In this document: positions 30,182-44,119 of the stretch, piece after piece | Numbering within the stretch: position 1 is the first letter of the stretch | How the letters are laid out: each line of letters starts with the position of its first letter | Origin: Nitrospinales bacterium | GTDB lineage: Bacteria; Nitrospinota; Nitrospinia; Nitrospinales; VA-1 | Direction: 5' to 3' | Length of the DNA: 64,000 bases | Assembly: GCA_965223345.1 (NCBI GenBank) | Contig: CBDCWG010000007.1 | Span: 224,001 to 288,000, forward strand | Position numbers and translations under genes: made by a program | The notes under the pieces: generated by a model | Database searches by the model: none | Told to the model about the DNA's origin: nothing | What the model saw: the letters and a program-made list of their open reading frames with translations, nothing else

Positions 30182-30234
30182 TAGGCATCCCATCTCCCCT
30201 GCTCCGCTAGCCTCACGCGCAAACTAAAAAACCA

Positions 30235-30263
30235 GCCTCGCGCAAAGCCGCCAAGCCGCAAAG
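30235..30263 (+). repeat. REP-like element GCCTCGCGCAAAGCCGCCAAGCCGCAAAG
   Basis: Inverted copy at 31151-31179 (26/29 identical) and a more degenerate one near 31068-31092. Confidence 0.7.
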
Positions 30264-30333
30264 TAGACTGCTAGAAAATAGTATATCCAAAGCTAAAGAT
30301 TTGGCCTCTTTGCCTAGAGTCCCACTTACTCAT

Positions 30334-30819
30334 TCACGAATGAATTAATTTGTCACAAATGGAATCAATCAAAACCATTTCCGCATGGAATTCCTGTTTT
30401 CCTTTGTTTTCCACCGCATCATGAAGAAAAAACCTTGGATTAAAAAAAACCGATAGAGGCCCAACTAGGAAATAATTCGCACCGATTATTACGGCAGGAA
30501 TCCATAACGAATTGTAAAGGAGCCAGGGCACCCAAATAAAAGTTGAAATTTGGACAAAAGACAATAGCGATGAAAATGATTTTGCAACATTGGGAAAATT
30601 AAAATAAAAGCTATACCTTTTTAAAACGATAACTTCGTCCAACGTAAAAAAATAAGGTTCAGTATTGGGCTGATATTCGGCCTTGGTAACATTCTGGGAA
30701 AAATAAAGATATCCCTCTAAAAAAACTAAAAAGCAAATCGCAGAATACGAGGCTAATTTAGGGTCGAAAAAAGCCCATATTAAAAACCCTAAATAAATTG
30801 GAAAAAATAAGAATCCCAT
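30334..30819 (-). CDS. Hypothetical membrane protein, very low GC
   Basis: 161-aa hydrophobic ORF with GGGGGTGA RBS, between convergent helicase and ligA ends. Confidence 0.6.
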   Translation of the reverse strand: MGFLFFPIYLGFLIWAFFDPKLASYSAICFLVFLEGYLYFSQNVTKAEYQPNTEPYFFTLDEVIVLKRYSFYFNFPNVAKSFSSLLSFVQISTFIWVPWLLYNSLWIPAVIIGANYFLVGPLSVFFNPRFFLHDAVENKGKQEFHAEMVLIDSICDKLIHS

Positions 30820-30968
30820 TTTTCACCCCCTTTATTATTCCAATTTTCACAAATCTTGTGGTAGTGCGATGAAAAATGAAGAAAAAAAAGTCAAGTTTTG
30901 ACTTATCATATTTTTTGTTGAGGTTTTTCGATATTTTAATAGGCTCCTCATTCCAAATACTTTTCTTA

Positions 30969-30991
30969 CCCTTCGACAGGTTCAGGGTGAC
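30969..30991 (+). repeat. REP-like element CCCTTCGACAGGTTCAGGGTGAC
   Basis: Near-identical copy at 62131-62153. Confidence 0.7.
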
Positions 30992-31003
30992 AGATTATTG
31001 AGT

Positions 31004-31039
31004 CCCCCTCACCCAGCCCTCTCCCTCCAGGGGAGAGGG
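31004..31039 (+). repeat. REP-like hairpin CCCCCTCACCCAGCCCTCTCCC-TCCA-GGGGAGAGGG
   Basis: Strong stem CCCTCTCCC/GGGAGAGGG; single copy in the window. Confidence 0.55.
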
Positions 31040-31194
31040 CTAATTTGAGTTCCCCCCTCTTACTTTTCTTTGCGTACTTAGCGGCTTGGCACAAAACCGC
31101 TTTTTAGCTTTTATCCACGTCTTTATCCTGTAATCCTGTCTCAGGTTTTTCTTTGCGTCTTCGCGCCTTTGCGCGAGGCCTGTTTTTTTCTGTC

Positions 31195-34634
<3,440 letters not shown>

Positions 34635-34825
34635 GGAATTTAAGGAAACCGGGGAAAGGAATGGCGGATCCGAACAGATCCGCCATGTTTTTGCTACAAA
34701 TCGGCAGGATTATTATCTCCAAAAACAGGGCGGGAGCAACCCTTTTTCCTCCCGGCCCTGTTTTTCAGATCGACTGCAATCTTTTTTGCGCACCGCCATC
34801 AACGCGGTGGAAAAAAGAACCCCAT

Positions 34826-36295
34826 TCACATCTTGACCGCAACGTAAATGGTGGTGCCTCCGCGGCGCACGAGGAACAGAACGGTGCTGTTCTTTTTCAC
34901 CCGGGACATCACCTTTTTGTAGTCGGACGCGGATTTCACCGGCGTGCGGTTGATCTCGGTGATCACGTCTCCACGCTTGACACCGGCTTCGGCAGCCGCG
35001 CCGCCTGCGGTGACGTCGGAAACGAGCACGCCTTCGGTGGTGTCGAGCTGCAGGCTCTGCATCAGCTCAGGCGTGATGTCCTGCACCTGGAGTCCCAGCT
35101 TGTCCTCTTTCGCGGCCACTTTCGGGGATTCGGCGTCCTTGAGCACATCGATGTGAACATCGAACACCTTCTTGGAGCCATCGCGCACCACTTCGACTTT
35201 CACGGTCGAGCCGGGCTCGGTCGCCGCGACGATTTTGGGCAGCGATTCCATCTCCTCGACGTCCTTGCCGTCGAACTTCAGGATCACGTCTCCACGTTTC
35301 AGGCCGGCCTTCGCGGCGGGGCCATCCGGGATCACATCCCCCACCAGGGCACCCTTGGCTTCATCGAGGCCGAAGGATTTGGCGAGGTCGGGGGTGATTT
35401 TCTGGATCATGACGCCGAGCCAGCCGCGCGTGACGCTGCCTTTCTCCTTCAGATCCGAGAGGATGTCTTTCGCAACGTTGATGGGAATCGCAAAGCCGAT
35501 GCCCACGTTGCCGCCGGTGTTGCCGGAGATGATCGCGGTGTTGATGCCGATGACCTCTCCTTTGATGTTGATCAGGGGTCCGCCGGAGTTTCCCGGGTTG
35601 ATCGAGGCGTCGGTCTGGATGAATTCGTCATAGGGTCCGGCGCCGATATTGCGGCTCAGGGCGCTGACCACGCCCACGGTGACAGTGTGGCTCAGTCCAA
35701 AGGGGTTGCCGATGGCCATGACCCACTCGCCCACTTCCAGTTTCTCGGAGCTTCCGAGTTTCAGGAAGGGAAAGGTTTTCTTTTCCTCGTTGTCCTTGAT
35801 CTTGATCAGCGCGATGTCGGTTTTGGAATCGGAGCCGATGAGCTTGGCGGTGTATTCCTTATTGTCTTCCATGGTGACGATGATTTCATCCGCGCCTTCC
35901 ACCACATGGTAATTGGTGAGGATGTGACCCTGCGCGTCGATGAAAAAACCCGATCCCATACCGCGCCGGGGCCGTTGCTCCGGGCGCTGCCCGAAAAACC
36001 GGTCGTAGAAATCCTTGAACGGATCCGGAACGTTGTCGGGAGGGGTGGGGAAATTCGGCGGACGCCGGGTGGCGGATTGCGTTTTGGCTTTCGTGCTCAC
36101 GTTCACCACGGCCGGATTTTCTTTTTTGGCGATCTCCACAAAGATGTTGCTGGACATGGGGCCGTTTTCGGTGCTCAAGGCCAGCGCCCGGTCCAGCAGG
36201 GCATTCATGATTCCCGTGTTACCCGGAGAAAGTGGAAAAATAAATACAGCGAGGAGAAAAACAACGCAGGAAATCTTGGCAGTCTTAACAATCAT
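34826..36295 (-). CDS. HtrA/DegP-family serine protease with two PDZ domains
   Basis: [22 protein letters not shown]. Confidence 0.95.
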   Translation of the reverse strand: MIVKTAKISCVVFLLAVFIFPLSPGNTGIMNALLDRALALSTENGPMSSNIFVEIAKKENPAVVNVSTKAKTQSATRRPPNFPTPPDNVPDPFKDFYDRFFGQRPEQRPRRGMGSGFFIDAQGHILTNYHVVEGADEIIVTMEDNKEYTAKLIGSDSKTDIALIKIKDNEEKKTFPFLKLGSSEKLEVGEWVMAIGNPFGLSHTVTVGVVSALSRNIGAGPYDEFIQTDASINPGNSGGPLINIKGEVIGINTAIISGNTGGNVGIGFAIPINVAKDILSDLKEKGSVTRGWLGVMIQKITPDLAKSFGLDEAKGALVGDVIPDGPAAKAGLKRGDVILKFDGKDVEEMESLPKIVAATEPGSTVKVEVVRDGSKKVFDVHIDVLKDAESPKVAAKEDKLGLQVQDITPELMQSLQLDTTEGVLVSDVTAGGAAAEAGVKRGDVITEINRTPVKSASDYKKVMSRVKKNSTVLFLVRRGGTTIYVAVKM

Positions 36296-37098
36296 GTGTC
36301 AACCTCTCAGCTTAACGGTCAAAATGAATTGGCGATTGATTAGAGGAAGGATTTCCAATTCCGCGGAATCATTGGATCTCCCATCCGGTATCGATGATCC
36401 TTCCAAATTATCAAAGGGATATTAAAGAAAAGTTAAAACCGGATTAATTTTTCTTAATTCCCTGGATCGAACAAGGGATTGAAATCGGTGTCCCCAGGGG
36501 GCCCGCCCGGGGCATTGCGGCAGGTTCCCGTTCCGTCAAAATCGCGCCCAACCTATTGAATAAATGATAGCATTTCCCGCCGGGGAAGCGCTTTCATCTG
36601 CCGCCCAGGGCTGATAAAGCCCGATTTGCAACGACTTCATGACTTTCAGGCGGAATCGCGGATTTCCACAGAATCCCCTCGCATTCAGAACTGCATACGT
36701 GCCGTGGAAAACCTGTTACCGGGTCGAACTGGCTTCGGGAGAATTGATACTAAATTTATTATAAATGGGCCTAAGTTTATTTACAACCGGATTTTAGAAG
36801 CACTTTACCGGCTCTCCGAATTAGCGGTTGACTCGGATGAAAAGATCAAAGATAATCGAAAACAACAATTTGGGCCGATTTTTCAAGGGTCCACGGGTTG
36901 CGAAACCCAAATGGCCGGTTTTTACACCCAAATTCACCGTGGCTCCCTGCAAGGACCGTGAAAACCGAAGGCTTCTCTTAAGCTTGCCGGATTTCTCATC
37001 CAATCCAAAGAGCGGATCTGAACGGCATGGGCCTGCTGTCCACGCCCCTTCCCTTTTTCACTGCCCCTGAACACACATCGCATGCGCCGATCCGAATC

Positions 37099-37299
37099 AT
37101 GAGCCTCTTTCTTGCAGCCTTCGGACTGATGATGGTATTTGAAGGCATCCCCTATTTCTGCTTCCCGTCCCGCGTCAAAGCGTTCGCGCAGAAAATTCCG
37201 GAAATTCCAAACAACACGCTCAGGGCGATCGGCCTGTTTCTCATACTGTGTGGATTGCTCGTTGCCTATTTTGGGAGGTCTCTGGCCGAAAATGGATAA
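37099..37299 (+). CDS. DUF2065 (YjeT-like) small membrane protein
   Basis: GLMMVFEGIPYF.FP...LR.IG. Confidence 0.85.
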   Translation: MSLFLAAFGLMMVFEGIPYFCFPSRVKAFAQKIPEIPNNTLRAIGLFLILCGLLVAYFGRSLAENG

Positions 37300-37729
37300 A
37301 CGAAATGTTTCCCCGGGATTTCTTTTGATGGTATTCTTCTGCCTGTCCACGCTCACAGGGTGCAGCTCCACCCCGCCGCCGACGGAATATTCCGAGGGAC
37401 AAGGCGAGGGTTTTTCGGAATACGCCTACCCTTTCACCGATGTGCCGGTGCCGTACGGATTCGACGCGGACCACGACAAATCCTTCGTTTACGAATCGGG
37501 AACCGGGACGTTCAAGGTGGGACGCCTGTATTACTCGGGCTGGAACAAACCCCGGGAGGTGGTGGACTATTATCAGAACGCGATGATCAACAAGGGCTGG
37601 GAGCTGATCAACACGCTGGTGCACGAAGGCACGATCATGAATTACCAGAAGGAAGGCTGGGCGTGCACCCTGATCGTGACCGAGGCGCTGCTCAAAACCA
37701 ACGTGGAAATCCAGATCGGCCCCAAGTGA
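37292..37729 (+). CDS. Hypothetical lipoprotein
   Basis: LTGC lipobox; F.DVPVP, YY...M...GW. Confidence 0.75.
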   Translation: MDKRNVSPGFLLMVFFCLSTLTGCSSTPPPTEYSEGQGEGFSEYAYPFTDVPVPYGFDADHDKSFVYESGTGTFKVGRLYYSGWNKPREVVDYYQNAMINKGWELINTLVHEGTIMNYQKEGWACTLIVTEALLKTNVEIQIGPK

Positions 37730-37785
37730 TCCGCCCCGCCGCGGACCTAAAGCCCCATCCACCCGGCTCATTCCAGGATTCGAAC

Positions 37786-38532
37786 ATGTCTTTTGCGTCC
37801 TCCCGGCAGCGGGTGCTGGATTTTCCTTCCCGTCCGGAGTTCAGATTCTCCAATTTCGTCGTGTCTGAAGGTTCCCGGTTCGCGTTCGAGACTGCCCGCG
37901 AAATCTGCGCCGAACGACCCGCCGCGTTCCACACGCTGTATCTGTACGGCCCCGCCAACCTCGGCAAAACCCATCTACTGATGGCGATCGGCAACGCCGT
38001 CGCCGACCGCAAGAATGCAAACAGAGCGCTGTACCTCAACGCCGGCGATTTCGTGCGCAACGTGGAGAGCGCCGGCCCCGAGGCGGTCAACGATCTGGTG
38101 CTCCGGCTGATCGATGCGGATTTTTTTCTGCTGGACGACGTGCAGGCGGTTTCCGGGCACACGGCTGCGCAGGAAAAGCTCTATCATATTTTCAACGCCC
38201 GGCTGGAAGACAAAAAAAAGTCGGTGTTCACCGGTCTCACCCCGCCGGACCGATTGCAGGACACCGAGTCCTATCTCACGTCGCGCCTGCAATGGGGGAT
38301 GACGGCGGAGATCCGCCCCATCGACGATCATACCACCGCCCAGATCATCCACAAACTGGGGCAGGACGTGGGGCTCACCATCCCGCAGAACATCGTCGAG
38401 TACCTCCTCACCCGCACTCCGCGGGATTTTTCATCCATCCGCAGCACGGTGAGCAAGATCAATCAGGAATCCCTCGTGCAAAAGAGAAAAGTGTCCCTTC
38501 CTCTGGCGAAGGCGGCTTTGAACCTTCCCTGA
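37786..38532 (+). CDS. hda: DnaA regulatory inactivator Hda-like AAA+ protein
   Basis: QRVLDF clamp-binding-like motif, F.NFV, G..NLGKTHLL, LDD, SRL.WG; lacks DnaA domain IV. Confidence 0.8.
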   Translation: MSFASSRQRVLDFPSRPEFRFSNFVVSEGSRFAFETAREICAERPAAFHTLYLYGPANLGKTHLLMAIGNAVADRKNANRALYLNAGDFVRNVESAGPEAVNDLVLRLIDADFFLLDDVQAVSGHTAAQEKLYHIFNARLEDKKKSVFTGLTPPDRLQDTESYLTSRLQWGMTAEIRPIDDHTTAQIIHKLGQDVGLTIPQNIVEYLLTRTPRDFSSIRSTVSKINQESLVQKRKVSLPLAKAALNLP

Positions 38533-38543
38533 GGCCGGACCCG

Positions 38544-40175
38544 ATGCAGGTGGATTCCGGCAACATCGCCGATCTTTTACAGCGCGCCGCACGCGACGCT
38601 GCGGACGCCGACGCGATCCGCGTGCCGCACACCGGTACGCGCATCCGCTTCGGCGAGCTCGACACCCAAAGCACACGGCTGGCGAGCGGGCTGAACCGTC
38701 TGGGGATCGCCGCCGGGATGCGGGTCGTGGTGCTGGTTCCCTTCAGCGCCGATTTCATCCGCCTCGCCTTCGCCCTGTTCAAGGCGGGCGCGGTGCCGGT
38801 TCTCATCGATCCCGGACTGGGACGCAAGAACACGCTGCTGTGCATTCAGCAGGCCGAACCGGAGGCGATGATCGGCATTTCTCTGGCGCATGGGGTGCGG
38901 AAACTGTTTCCCGGACCGTTTCGTACGGTGAAGATCGCGGTGACGGCGGGAAGGCGCTGGTTCTGGGGCGGGGCCACGCTCAGGCAGGCGGAGCGAGCGG
39001 GCTCGGCGAATTTTCAAACCGCGGCCAGCAGCCCTAACGATCCCGCCGCCATCCTGTTCACCAGCGGCAGCACGGGACCTTCCAAGGGCGTCCGCTACAC
39101 GCACGGCATGTTCCTCAGGCAGGTCGCCGCTTTGCAATCGCTGTACGGCATCGAAGCGGGCGAGACCGATCTCGCGACCTTCCCGCTGTTTTCCCTGTTC
39201 AGCATCGGCATGGGCATGACGACGGTGCTGCCGAAGATGGATTTCACGCGGCCCGCGGACGTCGATCCGGAAATGCTGCTCGGTATCATCAAAACCTCTG
39301 CGGTGAGTAACTGCTTCGGCTCCCCGGCGCTCTGGCAGACCGTGAGCCGTTACGGTACGGACCGATCTGTGTCCCTGCCTTCTCTGCGCCGGGTTCTGAT
39401 CGCGGGCGCGCCGGTGCCCGGTTCGCTGATCGAACGCGTGCGCTCGCTGCTCCCCGACGCCAGCCGGGTGTGCACGCCCTACGGCGCGACGGAAGCGCTG
39501 CCGGTGGCCTCGATCGAAGCCGATGAAATCCTGAACGAAACCTGGCCCCGCTCGCAGCAGGGGGAAGGCATCTGCGTGGGCCGCCCGGTGGCGGGGCTCG
39601 ATCTGAAGATCATCCGCATCACGGATGCGCCCATCGAAAAATGGCAGGACGATCTTCAAGTCGCCCAGGGAGAAATCGGCGAAATCGCGGTGCGCGGGGA
39701 CTGGGTGACGCGGAACTATTGCAACCGCCCCGATGCGGACAGGCTCGCGAAAATCCCCGACGGGAATCGTTTCTGGCACCGCATGGGCGATGTGGGCTGG
39801 CTGGATGAAACCGGGCGGCTGTGGTTTTGCGGCCGCAAAAACCAGCGCGTCGTGACGCAAGAGGACACGCTGTTCACGATCCCCTGCGAAGCGGTGTTCA
39901 ACCGCCATCCCAAAGTGCGGCGCACAGCCTTGGTGGGCACCGGTGATCGAGGCTGTCAGCGGCCGGTGCTGATCGTCGAGCTGGAAAAAGATACGGGCAC
40001 CACCGAGCCCGTCCTGATCGAAGAGCTGCGCGCGCTGGGACAGGCGCACGCGCACACGCAAACGATCGACCGCTTCCTGTTTCATCCCGGATTTCCGGTG
40101 GACATCCGCCACAACGCCAAGATCTTCCGCGAGAAGCTGTCCCTCTGGGCGGAAGAACAACTGAAAGATACCTGA
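38544..40175 (+). CDS. OleC-like AMP-dependent synthetase (beta-lactone synthetase/fatty acyl ligase)
   Basis: FTSGSTG..KG, TFPLFSLF, YGATEALPV, WHRMGD, PVDIRHNAKIFRE. Confidence 0.8.
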   Translation: MQVDSGNIADLLQRAARDAADADAIRVPHTGTRIRFGELDTQSTRLASGLNRLGIAAGMRVVVLVPFSADFIRLAFALFKAGAVPVLIDPGLGRKNTLLCIQQAEPEAMIGISLAHGVRKLFPGPFRTVKIAVTAGRRWFWGGATLRQAERAGSANFQTAASSPNDPAAILFTSGSTGPSKGVRYTHGMFLRQVAALQSLYGIEAGETDLATFPLFSLFSIGMGMTTVLPKMDFTRPADVDPEMLLGIIKTSAVSNCFGSPALWQTVSRYGTDRSVSLPSLRRVLIAGAPVPGSLIERVRSLLPDASRVCTPYGATEALPVASIEADEILNETWPRSQQGEGICVGRPVAGLDLKIIRITDAPIEKWQDDLQVAQGEIGEIAVRGDWVTRNYCNRPDADRLAKIPDGNRFWHRMGDVGWLDETGRLWFCGRKNQRVVTQEDTLFTIPCEAVFNRHPKVRRTALVGTGDRGCQRPVLIVELEKDTGTTEPVLIEELRALGQAHAHTQTIDRFLFHPGFPVDIRHNAKIFREKLSLWAEEQLKDT

Positions 40176-41650
40176 TGCCGACGCTGCTCGACAGACTGAA
40201 GACCGACCGTTTCCTGCAGGCGCTCGCCCTGGTTTTTCTCGCGGGGCTGGCGCTGCGCCTGTGGGGGGTGACGCAGCCGCTGCTGGATTTTCACAGCTGG
40301 CGGCAGACACTCACAGCCACGGTGGCGAAGAATTTCTTCACCGGAGACATGAACCTGTTCCAGCCCGCCACGAACTGGGCGGTGGAGTATTACGAGTTCG
40401 AGTTTCCCATCTACTCCTACCTGGTGGCGATTTTGTACAAGCTGTTCGGCTTTCACGACAGCCTGGGGCGGGTGGTGTCCATCGCGTTCGGTCTCGGCTC
40501 GATGGGGTTTTTGTATCTTCTGACGAAGCGGTTTTTCGACCGCAGCGCCGCCCTGTTCGCCGCGGGCCTGTTCGCGGTGCTGCCGATGGCGGTGTTCTAC
40601 ACGCGCACCTTCATGCCGGAATCGGCGATGCTGTTCTTCTCGATCGCCGGGTTGTATTTTTTCAGCCGCTGGCTGGATGCGGGCAAATGGAACGATTTTT
40701 TCCTGGCGGCGTGCGCGATCTCCCTGGCGTTTCTCATCAAGCTGCCGACCCTGTTTCTGGGCGGCCCGATTTTGTTTCTCGCCTGGCTCAAGCTCAAAGG
40801 GAGAATGGTGCTTTTGCCGCAGTTTTACCTGTTCCTTGTGATCCTGTTTCTTCCCGCCGCGCTGTGGTACGGGCACATGGGGGCGCTGCACGCGCAGGCG
40901 CACGGCGGCGAGAGCATCTGGCTGGGCAACGACAAACTCGCCAACAGTTCCGTGCTCACCGATTACAAGTTTTACAAGCTGATCTTCTGGACGCGGCTCG
41001 GGGAAAAGATGTTCGCTTTCACAGGATTCTTCTTCGTGATCCTGGGCCTGACCACCCGTATGGAGCGGCGTGAACAATACCTGTTCCACATCTGGTTCGC
41101 TTCGGTCTGCGTCTATTTTCTCATCGCCGCCGTGGGGAATAAAATCCACGAATACTACCAGCTTCCCATCCTGCCGGCGGGCTGCGCGCTGGCGGGAAAA
41201 TTCCTGGCGGACTTTTTCGCCGCACGCCAGCCCAAACTCAACTGGAAGACCGACTGGAAGCTTGGGCTGGTGACGCTGATGCTCGTGTTCATCCCCCTCC
41301 ACTCGGTGTACAAGCTGGAAAAACGCCTGCGCTTCAACACGGACTACATCGTGATCGGCGAGAAGATCAAAGCGCACACCGGCGAAGACGAATGGATTCT
41401 CCTGCAGGACATCAATCCCAACCGGCCGCACACGTTTTACTACAGCGACCGCAAGGGCTGGACGCTCGGCATGCTGCCGCCGTTGAGCGCCGCCGAGGTG
41501 GATGACTACGCGCGCCGCGGCGCGGTCTACTTCGGCTGGGTGCGCTACGATTTCGCCAAGACCAACCCCGCCCTGCTCGATCATCTGCGGCAGAATCACG
41601 AAACGGTGATTGCCGACCCGCTGGTGACGCTGTTCAAACTCGAGAACTGA
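40175..41650 (+). CDS. ArnT/GT39-like integral-membrane glycosyltransferase
   Basis: H.WRQ..T, EFPIY, R.FMPE; many TM helices. Confidence 0.8.
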   Translation: MPTLLDRLKTDRFLQALALVFLAGLALRLWGVTQPLLDFHSWRQTLTATVAKNFFTGDMNLFQPATNWAVEYYEFEFPIYSYLVAILYKLFGFHDSLGRVVSIAFGLGSMGFLYLLTKRFFDRSAALFAAGLFAVLPMAVFYTRTFMPESAMLFFSIAGLYFFSRWLDAGKWNDFFLAACAISLAFLIKLPTLFLGGPILFLAWLKLKGRMVLLPQFYLFLVILFLPAALWYGHMGALHAQAHGGESIWLGNDKLANSSVLTDYKFYKLIFWTRLGEKMFAFTGFFFVILGLTTRMERREQYLFHIWFASVCVYFLIAAVGNKIHEYYQLPILPAGCALAGKFLADFFAARQPKLNWKTDWKLGLVTLMLVFIPLHSVYKLEKRLRFNTDYIVIGEKIKAHTGEDEWILLQDINPNRPHTFYYSDRKGWTLGMLPPLSAAEVDDYARRGAVYFGWVRYDFAKTNPALLDHLRQNHETVIADPLVTLFKLEN

Positions 41651-41725
41651 GCAGGATTTTCCTGTTGATCCATGCGATTGTGGGATGAGAACCGGATGGG
41701 GTGAAAACAGGATCGGATTGCGCCG

Positions 41726-42760
41726 CTATTTGACTTCCTCAAGATGGGTGAGCACCCGATCGAGCAGTTCCTTGGAGAAGAGTTTTCCGGTGAGCTTTTT
41801 GCGCGCGAGGGCGCCTGCCTCATGAAAGGCGTCGTTTTCAGCCTGTGTCGGCGGATCGGTCTGGATCACGCCGTTTTTCTTCATGACCTCGATGGAACTC
41901 TCGTTGTCCTTCTGGATGATCTTCACCAGCTCCATCAGGTATTTTTTGCTGAGATCCTTGAGCACGGACTTGCAGTCCGTCGGCAACGCGTCGAATTTTT
42001 TCTTGGTGATCAGCACGCCGCCGGTCGCATAGCCCATGCGCACCCGCGACATGTACTTGACCTTGGTGAACCACTGCAGGGCCAGCGCCCCCTGCGGCGA
42101 GGCGTACACCGTGTCGATCAGATCGGTCTGCAGGGAGATCAGCACGTCGGTGATGGACAGCGGGAACGGCTTCACATCGAGCGCGTCGTAGGTGGCCTGC
42201 ACGAGCGGATCGCCCTCCCACATCCAGGGCTTGGTCTTTTTGATGTCATCCAGGGTTTTGATCTTCTGGTTGGAAAAAAAATGCACCCAGCCGACGGGCA
42301 CCCAGCCCAACAGCACGTAGCCCTTCTTCTCATATTGAGCGGCGAAATAATCGTTCATCTTCATGTAGACATGGCCGATCTGCTCGTCGGTGTCGAACAG
42401 AAACGGCAGATCGAGAACCCGCACTTCCGGCAGGATCTCGCCCATGCCGACGCCGGTGAACCCCGCGGCGTGGATCTGGCCGATGCGCATCTTGCGGATC
42501 ACGTCTTTCTCGTCGCCGGAAACGCCACCGGAGTAAAACTTGAATTTCACCCGCCCCTCGGTTTTCTCCTCCACCTCGTCGGACAGGCGGTGCATGACCT
42601 TCATCCAGGCGGAGCCCTCCGGGGCCAGGGTGGCGAATTTGATGCGCTGCTTCTTGGCGGCGAACGTCTCTGCCGGAAAGCACGCCAGTGCGAGCAGGAG
42701 CAGAGCGAGCGTCCAGGTATGACGGGTAAAACGGATGTGGATTGGGGTTTGCGCGTTCAC
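41726..42760 (-). CDS. TRAP substrate-binding protein DctP (TPAT-type)
   Basis: KFATLAPEGSAW, G..GDE..V.RKM..GQ, LPFLF. Confidence 0.9.
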   Translation of the reverse strand: MNAQTPIHIRFTRHTWTLALLLLALACFPAETFAAKKQRIKFATLAPEGSAWMKVMHRLSDEVEEKTEGRVKFKFYSGGVSGDEKDVIRKMRIGQIHAAGFTGVGMGEILPEVRVLDLPFLFDTDEQIGHVYMKMNDYFAAQYEKKGYVLLGWVPVGWVHFFSNQKIKTLDDIKKTKPWMWEGDPLVQATYDALDVKPFPLSITDVLISLQTDLIDTVYASPQGALALQWFTKVKYMSRVRMGYATGGVLITKKKFDALPTDCKSVLKDLSKKYLMELVKIIQKDNESSIEVMKKNGVIQTDPPTQAENDAFHEAGALARKKLTGKLFSKELLDRVLTHLEEVK

Positions 42761-42810
42761 TGTGTGTTCACTCTAGAATAGGTTGACGCATTGCGTCGAT
42801 CGACATGCAG

Positions 42811-43674
42811 TCAGAACAGATCCTCGGCCTGTTTCGCCAGCCGGTCGGATTTCACTTTCGCCACTTCGTTGGCGAGACGCCGCTCGGGCAGCACGTCGGC
42901 CGGCGTTTCGTACACGCGGCTCAACAGGTTTTCGAACAGTTTCACGTTCTGGTTCTGCACGGCGTAGGTTTTGGCGTACAGGTAATGCGCCATCAGGTAC
43001 TTGTTGTCGGTCAGGGCGAGGTTGCGTTCGAAATGGAACTTCGCCTTTTCCGGGTCGCCGCCCAGCAGTTTGCTGCGGCTGCCGTAAAACACGCCGAGAA
43101 ACAGATGCGGCCCGGCGGAATAATAGGTCTCGTCCAGCTTGAGGGCGGTCTTCATCAGCGCTTCGATCTTGGACACATCCGCGAACGCCTCGGGCCGGTC
43201 GAGGCTCAGCATCAGCCATCCCCCCCAGCATTGTCCCAGCCAGAACAGGGAAGGCACCTGGTCTTTTTCCACACCGGCGAGCGCCGTCTTGAGCGTGTCC
43301 ATGCCCTGCTCTTCCAGTTTTTCGATGCCCGCCTCGGCCGCGAGCGCGCGCGAGGCGTATTGACGGCCCCTCAGATACATCGCCTGGGCGCGGTCCGGTT
43401 CGGTTTCCTCGAGAAAACTGAACGCGTAGCCGCAGAATCCCTCGGCCAGACGGTTGAGCAGCAGCGGATTGTCGCCGTCCTGCCGCAGCAGCCCTTCCAG
43501 CATTTTCAGGCTCGCCGGCATGGCCTCTTTGGCCAGATGCGGGTCCTTTTCCTCCTGAATCGAGGCGTATTGCCCCTCGATGAGCGGCAGCGCCGCACGC
43601 AGCGCCAGCCGTTCGGTGGAGCAGCCCTGCGCGACGATAAGTGCTAGAAAAATCAAACCAAAGTAACTTTTCAT
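42811..43674 (-). CDS. TRAP transporter TatT component (TPR-like lipoprotein)
   Basis: QGC lipobox, P..LK..E.LL, YA..F, LDE.Y..G, GGD.EKA..HF; adjacent to dctP. Confidence 0.85.
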   Translation of the reverse strand: MKSYFGLIFLALIVAQGCSTERLALRAALPLIEGQYASIQEEKDPHLAKEAMPASLKMLEGLLRQDGDNPLLLNRLAEGFCGYAFSFLEETEPDRAQAMYLRGRQYASRALAAEAGIEKLEEQGMDTLKTALAGVEKDQVPSLFWLGQCWGGWLMLSLDRPEAFADVSKIEALMKTALKLDETYYSAGPHLFLGVFYGSRSKLLGGDPEKAKFHFERNLALTDNKYLMAHYLYAKTYAVQNQNVKLFENLLSRVYETPADVLPERRLANEVAKVKSDRLAKQAEDLF

Positions 43675-43839
43675 AGGTCGTTCATGTTACCAAAACCTTT
43701 CACCCCCAACAACCGTTACGGGCGGTTTGACATAAAATACCCCTTTTGCTACCATTCGCGGTGTGTCAATCGGTAACGGTGGACGGTTCGGATACACCCG
43801 CAGTCGAGCGGGTGCGCCGCACTTTCAGGAGACCGCTGA

Positions 43840-44073
43840 TTGAGCCCTGATAAAGAACCTGAAGAAACCCAGATCCGGCGCATGAAACGCATTCTTTTCA
43901 GCGTCGGCGGCCTGTTCGTGCTGGCCGGTGTCATCCGCCAGTGGCCGGTTTTCGGTAAGACCTACCGGGAATTCATCGAAGGCGACGGCTATCTTGCGCT
44001 GATGCTGGGTTTGATCCTGGTCTTGTTCGGGTTTTCGGTCCGGCTGTTGACGGGCCGGGAAGAAGAATCTTAA
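43840..44073 (+). CDS. Small two-TM hypothetical protein
   Basis: TTG start after AGGAG; two hydrophobic helices. Confidence 0.65.
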   Translation: MSPDKEPEETQIRRMKRILFSVGGLFVLAGVIRQWPVFGKTYREFIEGDGYLALMLGLILVLFGFSVRLLTGREEES

Positions 44074-44119
44074 AACCGGACACGGGGCGCGGCCCCCTTT
44101 TCCCTCAAGGTGAGATCAA

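Noticed and set aside
36296..37098. Possible oriC: 800-bp intergenic region near hda with an AT-rich tract and two DnaA-box-like 9-mers
   Set aside because: Only two one-mismatch boxes and no dnaA, dnaN or gidA nearby; equally explained by divergent promoters. GC-skew analysis would be needed.
37786..38532. dnaA
   Set aside because: Only 248 aa, lacking domains I/II and the DNA-binding domain IV.
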